DNA from: Pseudomonas phage vB_PaeM_GXNNA8
Direction: 5' to 3' (one strand)
Sequence record: PV400810.1
Length of the DNA: 64,000 bases
Made by a program: the position numbers and the translations under genes. The notes under the pieces were generated by a model. The model was not told the DNA's origin and ran no database searches. It was given only the letters and a program-made list of their open reading frames with translations. Shown here in pieces: positions 56,865-64,000 of this stretch (position 1 is the stretch's first letter; every line of letters starts with the position of its first letter).

Positions 56865-56885
56865 GGTAATGTAGGTTTGTTTCAT
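56865..56885 (-). promoter_or_regulatory. Promoter-like motif GGTAATGTAGGTTTGTTTCAT, 73 bp upstream of gene 55578-56792
   Basis: Family member. Confidence 0.5.
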
Positions 56886-56914
56886 TCCTTAACTTAATTT
56901 TTTACTCCCTTAAA

Positions 56915-56946
56915 CCTACCCCTACCCTGTCAAGGGTAGGGGTAGT
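56915..56946 (-). terminator. Terminator 3' of the 2H phosphoesterase gene
   Basis: CCTACCCCTACCCT-GTCAA-GGGTAGGGGTAG. Confidence 0.6.
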
Positions 56947-56954
56947 ATAGGGTC

Positions 56955-57380
56955 TTATTTGGTTCCGAACGATTCTTTACTGAAGGTGAGTTGTCGACCA
57001 CCCCAGGTTGCAAACGCTTGCTTCACTTTCAGCATGTCGTATTCATCGAAGTCATAGGTGACGGACATGTGCGGTAAGAAGCTATCAAAGGAATGGATAT
57101 ACCCACCGTCTTTCAACCTACGGTGTTCATCAGCGAGGTCTTTGCTGGTAAGGTTAAACACCAATCCATCTCCCAGTACATCAATCCCTGTCACGTAGGC
57201 AGTGAATTCCGCGTCAGGATTCAGTTTTACCAGCGGTTCTTCTGCCCGTTCATCGTACATCAGGGTACAATGCAGGTTATACTCCGCAGCTGGTGCAATA
57301 CCACACTCCAAGAGCAAGCCAAAGATTTCCTCTACTTCAGGTCCTACCAAGGACACATCCACATACCCGTAATTATTCAT
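56955..57380 (-). CDS. 2H phosphoesterase (LigT/Acb1-like), 141 aa
   Basis: Two H-x-[TS]-x motifs each preceded by hydrophobics: NLHCTLMYD (H46) and LPHMSVTYD (H103). Size and spacing resemble the small phage 2H enzymes (T4 Acb1 is 152 aa). Confidence 0.65.
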   Translation of the reverse strand: MNNYGYVDVSLVGPEVEEIFGLLLECGIAPAAEYNLHCTLMYDERAEEPLVKLNPDAEFTAYVTGIDVLGDGLVFNLTSKDLADEHRRLKDGGYIHSFDSFLPHMSVTYDFDEYDMLKVKQAFATWGGRQLTFSKESFGTK

Positions 57381-57420
57381 TCCACTTATCCCGAAAAAAA
57401 ATAGAGAGAACAGGGTGGTT

Positions 57421-57448
57421 AGCTTGTATACTAACCACCCCCCATCAA
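57421..57448 (-). terminator. Terminator 3' of the DHH phosphoesterase gene
   Basis: GGGTGGTTAG-CTTGTATACT-AACCACCC. Confidence 0.5.
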
Positions 57449-57628
57449 ATGGAATACCTGTTAGTTACGTAAACATTGAGTAACCGTAACTGTTTTAATC
57501 ACCTTCCGATTCTCCAAATATCGGATAGACTTCATAAGTCGATGGTCGTCCACGCGAGTCACTAAGTCACCAATAAAAACGGATTTACCTATCAGGTCAA
57601 TGATTAAGAACAGTGCGTGAGTGCCCAT

Positions 57629-58882
57629 TTAAGTACCGGAATACAGTGACAGGTGTGACTGGGAGAAACGGGGATCGTCGTAGGAGAGTGAAAACCCTGC
57701 TGCGTTAGGATGACCGCCTCCTCCAAAACGTTCAGCCACTTCCGCTAGATTCACTTTATCCTTACCCCGTAGAGAGAAGATACGGCTATCCTTACCATCC
57801 ATGTAAGTGACTACAAAGTCAATACCGTCTCGACCCTTCAGTTTATCCCCTACATCACTGGCGTGGAAATAACTGGCATTAACAATCAAGCAGTTGTAAC
57901 CCTCCAACGTGTAAGGCCGCGCACTCGGGAGTAGTTTTTCAACATCCAATTCCTGCTTACGAAGGACGGTACGACCTTCTTCTACCACGTCTTGGTAATC
58001 CCGATGAATCAGTTTATCGAAACTCTCAACGGTGAGGGGATACCCAAAGGCGGCCGCGGTCCATTCCTTACTGCCTTCGTACTCCCATTTCCACAGATCC
58101 CGATCTTGTACTGCCAGAATGCCCGGAGGCGTCGGTTGTTGAGGGTGGAAGTAGTCGTACGACAACTTAGCGCCTGAACGTGTCATATCGATGATAATCT
58201 CAACCCGATCACCCCGCGTTGATTTCCCGGAATAACCAACGACGAGTTCACCCAGTTCCCGTTGAGCACTCTCGTGATGATCCAAGATCAGCAAGCCTGT
58301 ATCCGGTAAATTAGCAATCGCTTCTACAACTGCTTTCTTAAAACTGAAATCAACACAATAGACCATTCTCCCTTGTAGATACTCCAATCCCGAACCAAAA
58401 AGTTCGTACGGATCATCATGATAGCTCATAGCCACCAATTCAACCAAGGGGAGTGCACTTCTTACCGCCCAAGCTGCCGCAGTACCATCCAGACAGTTCT
58501 TATGATAGATGCACACCGGTGCATTCGATAGGAAGGACACCCCGTCAGCCGTATAACGGCGATCCTCCACCCAATAAAATTCTCCAGCTGACGGTCCATT
58601 TACGCTGTAGCAAAGCGTGAGTTGCAGTTGTTTACCGGGATGTTCCTTGACCGCCTTAATAAAGGCCAACTGGAGTTTAATATCCGCTTCCTTTCTTTGT
58701 TCTTCCTGGATAAGCTGTTCAAACACACGGTCAGCACCCTCTCTGAAATAATCAGGATCGGTATATCCTACGACTTCGGGTCGTCCTGTCTTTTGATTCG
58801 CAGTAATACCGAAGAGGAACTGTTTACCCCCATCTTCTACTACTGATACATCAATAAAGCTTTTCATAGTGTTAATCTCCAC
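57629..58882 (-). CDS. DHH/DHHA1 family phosphoesterase (NrnA/RecJ-like) with a roughly 115-aa N-terminal extension
   Basis: DHH motif I CIYHKNCLDGTAAAW, motif II VYCVDFS, motif III LLILDHHE. DHHA1 motif FGGGGHPNAAGFS. Confidence 0.8.
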   Translation of the reverse strand: MEINTMKSFIDVSVVEDGGKQFLFGITANQKTGRPEVVGYTDPDYFREGADRVFEQLIQEEQRKEADIKLQLAFIKAVKEHPGKQLQLTLCYSVNGPSAGEFYWVEDRRYTADGVSFLSNAPVCIYHKNCLDGTAAAWAVRSALPLVELVAMSYHDDPYELFGSGLEYLQGRMVYCVDFSFKKAVVEAIANLPDTGLLILDHHESAQRELGELVVGYSGKSTRGDRVEIIIDMTRSGAKLSYDYFHPQQPTPPGILAVQDRDLWKWEYEGSKEWTAAAFGYPLTVESFDKLIHRDYQDVVEEGRTVLRKQELDVEKLLPSARPYTLEGYNCLIVNASYFHASDVGDKLKGRDGIDFVVTYMDGKDSRIFSLRGKDKVNLAEVAERFGGGGHPNAAGFSLSYDDPRFSQSHLSLYSGT

Positions 58883-58892
58883 GGTTGATTGA

Positions 58893-59384
58893 TCAGAACC
58901 CTAAGACTTTCATGTATTCCATATCGTGGGCTTCCGGATTATTGGCAGCATCCTTGGCTAATTGGTCTGCCTTTTCATTACCTTCATCCCCTGAGTGACC
59001 TTTAACCCAATGGAACTTTACCTTATTCTTCTTCAAGAGTTCATTGAGGACTTCCAACAGATCCCGGTTCTTAACCGGTTGTCCGGAGTTATACCCCATC
59101 CAGTTGTTCCGTATCCATCCTCTCATCCATTTAGTAGCGCATTTAATGACGTATTGGGAGTCCGTGAAGATGTCCACTTTGATATTAGGACCAAACTCTT
59201 CCAGCGCTGCAATCACACTCATGAGTTCCTGGCGGTTGTTAGTGGTTTTGTAATACCCTTTACTCAGGGAGAATTCCTCCCCTTTGTATTTAGCGTAAAC
59301 ACCGTAACCGCCCGGACCTGGATTCCCTAACGCACTCCCATCGGTATAAATGACATATCGGTCATTCCTCTTTGTTTTGGACAT
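58893..59384 (-). CDS. rnhA: Ribonuclease HI
   Basis: YTDGSALGNPGPGGYGVY...TTNNRQELMSVIAALE...IFTDSQYV...HWVKGHSGDEGNEKADQLA is collinear with E. coli RNase HI (TDGSCLGNPGPGGYG...TTNNRMEL...STDSQYV...WVKGHAGHPENERCDELA). Confidence 0.95.
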   Translation of the reverse strand: MSKTKRNDRYVIYTDGSALGNPGPGGYGVYAKYKGEEFSLSKGYYKTTNNRQELMSVIAALEEFGPNIKVDIFTDSQYVIKCATKWMRGWIRNNWMGYNSGQPVKNRDLLEVLNELLKKNKVKFHWVKGHSGDEGNEKADQLAKDAANNPEAHDMEYMKVLGF

Positions 59385-59423
59385 TCGTTAACCTCCCTTT
59401 TACAAGTAAGTAGACAATTAAAC

Positions 59424-59455
59424 CCTTACTCTCCAGGTAATCCTGGAGAGTAAGG
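59424..59455 (-). terminator. Terminator 3' of gene 59465-60772, just upstream of rnhA
   Basis: CCTTACTCTCCAGG-TAAT-CCTGGAGAGTAAGG. Confidence 0.6.
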
Positions 59456-59464
59456 TACTGCGTA

Positions 59465-60772
59465 TTAACAATACGGGAGGGACTCTGGATCCTCGAAATC
59501 TGATGTGATACTACGGTTAACAGCCATCACATCGTCCATCAACTTGATGATCTTCATCCGAGAAATCACCGACTTCAGGACATAATTCAAGATGCTCTTG
59601 AAGAGGAGTCCGTCTTCAGAGATCTCGTTATTGACCATCGGGGTTTTTATCAAGAGTTCACCCAGTTTTTCACTGAGTTCTTCCCAAGTTACGTCGCTCC
59701 CCAGTTCAAGGCCGGACGAACCACCCGAGCGGATGGAGATTACATACTGTGTTTTTGAGGTGCGGTGCAGAATAAGATTTTGAGGATGGAACGGAAGTTC
59801 GATCTCCGTAAGACCCAGTTTATTAGGCGCGTAGAGTGACCTCATGTAAAGCGTCTTATTCCGGAGGGTGAAGTTGCGAAGGATCAGCGTTTCAGAAACG
59901 CTCAAGTAACAACCATGAAGGTAAGCTTTCGAGAGAGACAGCATGGATGCGGTGAGGGTGGTGGTGGTAAGATGCGATTTAACGATGGCAAACTTCCCAG
60001 CGGTAATGTGGGTACGATCCACATACGACTCTTTCACTAAGCCCTTGCCATTGATGGGAGAATCTTTAATCTCGGATTCGATGAAACGGCAGTCGTTGTA
60101 CCGAGCACGTTGATCAACCCCTCGTTTAAATACATCCGCTCTTTTTGGGAAGTCGATCAGTTCGTCGATTGGTCGCAATTCGGTCGATCGTGTACGAGCG
60201 ACACTGCTCTTGTTAACCACACAGTCGTTAACCTCGACATTCAGAAGGTAATTCTCCCCTTCAAACTCACAACGATTAACCACCGAGTTGACTACCACAG
60301 CACTCCCCTTACGCTTACTGACGTTAAGGAAAGGAACGTCAGTAGGGGTTTCCAGCGTAACTTCAGAATAGGAGTCGACCAAGAGATCAAGTTCAACACC
60401 GTAAAGAGTCGTCTTGAAATGAGAGAAGAGGTCGATTTCCGCGGTTACACCTACTGACCAGTATTTATTCCCAAGAATTTCACGTCCTTCTTTGGAACGG
60501 ATCCATTCGCCGTACGGCTTGGTATCGAGAGCCACCAGTTCCTTACCGTCAACCACCACCTTGGGCTTAGAAGGCTCAGGAGCGGAACGGTGTTCTTTAT
60601 TCTCGGTGGGTTGGGTAATGGATTTCTTATCCGACTGTTCCTTGTCGTGTTTCATCTTCTTACCCAGTTCCTTGGAGTGTTTCAAAGCCTTCTCGGCCTT
60701 CTTGAGTTTCATTGCTACTACCGGGTCAGTGGTAGTGTGTTGTTGGTCGTAGGTGTCGGTTTTAACGGTCAT
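59465..60772 (-). CDS. Hypothetical protein (435 aa), translationally coupled to ligase
   Basis: 4-nt overlap with the ligA stop. Basic K/E-rich N-terminus. No recognisable motif. Confidence 0.6.
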   Translation of the reverse strand: MTVKTDTYDQQHTTTDPVVAMKLKKAEKALKHSKELGKKMKHDKEQSDKKSITQPTENKEHRSAPEPSKPKVVVDGKELVALDTKPYGEWIRSKEGREILGNKYWSVGVTAEIDLFSHFKTTLYGVELDLLVDSYSEVTLETPTDVPFLNVSKRKGSAVVVNSVVNRCEFEGENYLLNVEVNDCVVNKSSVARTRSTELRPIDELIDFPKRADVFKRGVDQRARYNDCRFIESEIKDSPINGKGLVKESYVDRTHITAGKFAIVKSHLTTTTLTASMLSLSKAYLHGCYLSVSETLILRNFTLRNKTLYMRSLYAPNKLGLTEIELPFHPQNLILHRTSKTQYVISIRSGGSSGLELGSDVTWEELSEKLGELLIKTPMVNNEISEDGLLFKSILNYVLKSVISRMKIIKLMDDVMAVNRSITSDFEDPESLPYC

Positions 60773-62754
60773 TCTCGGTGTCCTTTAATGAACTGAATGA
60801 GGGAGTCGATGCTCGAGTAATCCTTTGCAATTAGCATAGGTATACCCGATTCGGTTGCAATTAACAGTTTCGATTTACCAGGACGATCACCCACAATGAC
60901 GAAGGCACAGTCCTGAGTAAGCCGATCACTGAGTTCAATCCCTTCCTTAGCGAACAGGTTACAGAGTTCTCCTCGGGAAGGTCCAATGTTGCCGGTAATA
61001 CAGACTTTAATGCAGTCGTCCTGCGTTCCGGTGTACTGGAGAGTCAACATCCCTTTTAGGGCGTGGAAGTTGTCCTTAAAGACCGGGGAGTCGAACGCGT
61101 TCACGACCCGATAAGCAATCCCCACTGAAACCCCTCGTACACTTTGTAGGAACTTAGGATTGGTAAGGGATTCTTCGATCTTCCCTTCAGGGATGGCGTT
61201 TGCCAGGCGTTTAGCCAAGGTGATCCCAATATCCGGGATACCCAACGCCTTTAAGAAGCGGTGTAAAGGAACGGGTTCCTGAAGAACACGCTCCAAACCT
61301 CTTCGAGTCGTCGGGGTAAGACATTGATCCTTAATGTCTTCAGGAAGGGCAAGTATATCAGCCGGTTGTTTAACCCATCCTTTCTCAACCAATTCACTGA
61401 CCTTAACGGGCCCTAAACCGTCTACATCCAGTCCAAACTTATCGAACGTCGTTACGCACCGCATAACAATCTGCGCAGGGCACTCTGCGACGTTGTTACA
61501 GACGAGTTCGGAACTGTCCCTACCTACCACTACCTCTAGGAGAGAATCGCATAGGAGAGAATCGCAGCTAGGGCAGTTCGTAGGCGCTTCTAGAAGGTCT
61601 CCTTCCCCACACTCCTCCACCCGGTTCAACCGAGGGATCACATCGTTGTTCCGGGTAATAACAATCCGGTCACCGATTGATAACCCTAAGTCCATAAACG
61701 AACCGTAGTTATCCAACGACGCACACTGACAGATAACTCCTTGGATTGTTACGGGGGTAAACTGGACCACTGGAACTACCCGGCCAAACCGAGAGGTTTT
61801 CCAGATACAGCCTTCAACCTGGGTTAACGCTTCTTCCGCAGGGAACTTGTAAGCAATAGCCCAGTGAGGGAATTTACTCCCATTTCCACTGGCGTCTTGT
61901 TCCTTGAACTTGTCGACTTTAATCACAATCCCGTCCACCGGACGAATGTTCCCCCTCCGGTTCTCTGAGATTGCAATCCAATCCCTAGATTCAGGAACAC
62001 CAAACCCTAAACCTAAGAGAACCTGTCTCAATTCGGAGTAGGCTTTCGTCCCCAATCGATCACTGGCGTAATACGCCGCGAAGTACAGCGTTCCTCGGAT
62101 ATCCTCCCGTTGGTTCTGAGGGAGGGACCGCACCCACCCACTCACGGCATTACGGGGATTGGACCGTTTACCCCCTGTTTCATTAAGAGAATTAAAGCGT
62201 TCCAGACTGATATACCCTTCACCCCGAATAACCAATCGATCCCCCTGGGGTTTATGACGGTCAGGAAGCGTCCTTAAGGTACGAGGAAGGGTGACTTCAT
62301 CAAAGAGGACTATGGAATGTGTCACATCTTCCCCGACTAATCCAGATCCCCGGGTACTCATACTGACCAGTTGTCCCTGTTCATACACCAGCTCCAGGGC
62401 CAACCCATCCAGTTTCTCTTCGTAAAAGAAGTTTGTACCATCCGGGAACTTCAACAGGAACGCGTCCGCTTCCTCCACACTCAAGGCTTTCTTCAAGCTG
62501 AGCATGGGTTCCTCGAACCGTACGGGTCGAATGGCTTCCCCAGAGGGTTCATGAATAGGAACGGGTCGATTATAGAAATCGAACTTAGCCGCTATTTCAG
62601 GGTATCGGTCGTACAACTCATTGAGTTCTTGCTCCAACGCGTCATACGCTTCATCAGAGATCTCATTCCGGTTCTCGACGAAATAGAGATGGGCGTGATA
62701 CGTCAGTTGTTCATGGAGGTATTTAATCCGTTCAACAGGTGAGTGTTTACCCAT
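60769..62754 (-). CDS. ligA: NAD-dependent DNA ligase
   Basis: 661 aa. N-terminal RIKYLHEQLTYHAHLYFVENRNEISDEAYDALEQEL (adenylation domain Ia). KLDGLALELVYE contains the KxDG active-site lysine. Cys4 zinc finger CPSC...C.....CPAQ. C-terminal HhH/BRCT-like region. Confidence 0.9.
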   Translation of the reverse strand: MGKHSPVERIKYLHEQLTYHAHLYFVENRNEISDEAYDALEQELNELYDRYPEIAAKFDFYNRPVPIHEPSGEAIRPVRFEEPMLSLKKALSVEEADAFLLKFPDGTNFFYEEKLDGLALELVYEQGQLVSMSTRGSGLVGEDVTHSIVLFDEVTLPRTLRTLPDRHKPQGDRLVIRGEGYISLERFNSLNETGGKRSNPRNAVSGWVRSLPQNQREDIRGTLYFAAYYASDRLGTKAYSELRQVLLGLGFGVPESRDWIAISENRRGNIRPVDGIVIKVDKFKEQDASGNGSKFPHWAIAYKFPAEEALTQVEGCIWKTSRFGRVVPVVQFTPVTIQGVICQCASLDNYGSFMDLGLSIGDRIVITRNNDVIPRLNRVEECGEGDLLEAPTNCPSCDSLLCDSLLEVVVGRDSSELVCNNVAECPAQIVMRCVTTFDKFGLDVDGLGPVKVSELVEKGWVKQPADILALPEDIKDQCLTPTTRRGLERVLQEPVPLHRFLKALGIPDIGITLAKRLANAIPEGKIEESLTNPKFLQSVRGVSVGIAYRVVNAFDSPVFKDNFHALKGMLTLQYTGTQDDCIKVCITGNIGPSRGELCNLFAKEGIELSDRLTQDCAFVIVGDRPGKSKLLIATESGIPMLIAKDYSSIDSLIQFIKGHRE

Positions 62755-62822
62755 TGTGATCTCCTAAACCGTATAAAGAGGAAGACGTACCAGGGGAGTG
62801 ATCCCCTGGTACTGTCCTAAGG

Positions 62823-63317
62823 TTAAGCCCTGACTTTGTGTTCTTCCTTTAGCAACGCATTCAAGAAACAGATGTCGCTGTAATCCTGTTTACGACGGAG
62901 TCCTCGTTCAGGGCGACTGTAACTCCCGCGTTTCTGAATCAACAGTGACATCGCATCAAAGATGTAGACTTCAGGACATTGATCCAGCTTAACAGGAACG
63001 GTGGGGAAATAGAGGTTACGTTTACGCACCCAGTAATGGCGGCGTGTGGTGACGTGACCGGTTTGATCCATGGAATCAATAGTCGTTTCAATATGGAACA
63101 CATTGTCTCTCATAGGGCTGAGAATAGCGTTCTGGGTTTCAGCAATGCGTTCAAAGAACGGACTGTCCACCCAAATGTTCAAATCATAGGTGGTTTCACG
63201 ACCCCCCATGAGCATGATAGCCCCACCCCCACCAATAGCGATCTTATCCAATGGGGTGTTATGAGTCTCAGAGAACTGTTGAACGGCTTTTACCACTTCC
63301 AATTGACTATAAAACAT
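62823..63317 (-). CDS. Minimal nucleotidyltransferase-fold protein (164 aa), paralog of the next gene
   Basis: IAIGGGGAIMLMGGRETTYDLNIWVD fits the Pol-beta-type pattern hG[GS]-x(9-13)-Dh[DE]h with the second acidic residue replaced by N (possibly degenerate). Confidence 0.55.
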   Translation of the reverse strand: MFYSQLEVVKAVQQFSETHNTPLDKIAIGGGGAIMLMGGRETTYDLNIWVDSPFFERIAETQNAILSPMRDNVFHIETTIDSMDQTGHVTTRRHYWVRKRNLYFPTVPVKLDQCPEVYIFDAMSLLIQKRGSYSRPERGLRRKQDYSDICFLNALLKEEHKVRA

Positions 63318-63331
63318 ACCGTAACCTGACC

Positions 63332-63772
63332 TTACAACAATGCGCGTGCGGTGAATGGTTGAGACTGAGTGAGAATTTCCAGTTGGCGGATATCACGGTG
63401 ATCCTGTTGGGTCTTAACGTCCGTTCGATCAGCCAGCTTCGTGAGCCAGTGTTTCTGATTCAGTAACTCCGTAGGGCTGTACAACCACACCCCCTCAATA
63501 CAAACCACCCCTGTGTTCTCGTCGTATTCATGGAGATCGACCAGGGGGGTGTATTGAACCCGTTTATTCACGGTTTCGTTCTCGATAACCCCGAACTTAT
63601 TACTCGCCCAGTTGAACACACTGGTAGGGACATCCACATCGAGGTTATTTGTTTCCTCTCGGATCCCCATTACCACCAAGGCGGCACCCGCCGACAGGAT
63701 CACCTGATGCGGCGGGAGGGCGAGGTCTTCGACCAGTTCACGATACCGTTCTATCACTTCAGCTTTGTTCAT
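63332..63772 (-). CDS. Minimal nucleotidyltransferase-fold protein (146 aa)
   Basis: ILSAGAALVVMGIREETNNLDVDV is a canonical GS...DhDh NTase motif. Similar to the 164-aa neighbour over the motif region. Confidence 0.55.
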   Translation of the reverse strand: MNKAEVIERYRELVEDLALPPHQVILSAGAALVVMGIREETNNLDVDVPTSVFNWASNKFGVIENETVNKRVQYTPLVDLHEYDENTGVVCIEGVWLYSPTELLNQKHWLTKLADRTDVKTQQDHRDIRQLEILTQSQPFTARALL

Positions 63773-63784
63773 GACTCATGACTC

Positions 63785-64000
63785 CTAGTTCATCGGAGCG
63801 CTGACTCCGAAATAGGACAAGATGTTAAGAACCGACTGCTCAACGGTGTAATCCCCCCCTGGATTCAACAGCGTATAACTCACAGGGGTCTGACCGGTTT
63901 CATCAAAAGTCACAATCGCTTGCATCGCCCCTCCAAAGACAATGCACGCATTAATGGATTCTTGAGGATCCGAATGGTAATTAATGGTCACTTTAGCCTG
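63785..64000 (-). CDS. Hypothetical protein, 3' part (gene probably continues beyond the window end)
   Basis: The frame stays open to the window edge. The listed start is only the first GTG in frame. Confidence 0.4.
   Translation of the reverse strand, partial: QAKVTINYHSDPQESINACIVFGGAMQAIVTFDETGQTPVSYTLLNPGGDYTVEQSVLNILSYFGVSAPMN

Noticed and set aside
63785-63991. The 68-aa ORF at the right edge as a complete gene
   Set aside because: The reading frame remains open to the last base of the window, and the listed start is merely the first in-frame GTG. I annotated it as the 3' part of a longer gene.
1-64000. Searched for tRNA-like T-loop signatures (GTTCGAATC / GGTTCGATTCC), CRISPR-like regularly spaced repeats, and integrase or transposase signatures
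   Set aside because: I found none by eye. The only mobile elements supported are the HNH endonuclease gene and the intein.

Overview
This window reads as a dense slice of a large, roughly 50% GC virulent phage genome, most likely a phiKZ/EL-like jumbo phage (inference from gene content). I found no rRNA, tRNA or CRISPR array.

Layout, left to right:
- 1-2645 (minus strand): the start of an HNH homing endonuclease gene that runs off the window, plus an N-terminal fragment of a multisubunit RNA polymerase beta-prime-like subunit.
- 2676-10307: a 2543-aa virion protein carrying two cell-wall hydrolase domains (GH19-like muramidase and M15 peptidase).
- 10375-24285: a mixed-strand block of structural and unknown genes, including a RecA-fold UvsX-like ATPase.
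- 25535-28357: an SNF2-family helicase whose Walker A motif is split by a 262-aa intein.
- about 29.5-31.9 kb: a GC-rich minus-strand island of three transcription units with an Arc-like ribbon-helix-helix regulator.
- 32051-40481: a plus-strand receptor-binding module. It contains an SGNH-esterase fibre, a 1046-aa collagen-repeat fibre and two Kelch-type beta-propeller proteins.
- 40540-63991: a long minus-strand block of early-type genes. Recognisable products are two GNAT acetyltransferases, a GroEL-like chaperonin, an Acb1-like 2H phosphoesterase next to a DHH/DHHA1 phosphoesterase, RNase HI, NAD-dependent DNA ligase and two tandem minimal nucleotidyltransferase-fold proteins.

Two regulatory patterns recur. 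A roughly 20-nt motif sits 30-70 bp upstream of at least nine minus-strand gene starts and looks like a phage early promoter (minus-strand sense TCAAACCTACATTAT / GTCTATATTAC). Perfect palindromic hairpins sit between most convergent or tandem transcription units.

All calls rest on reading the translations and motifs by eye. I ran no database searches.
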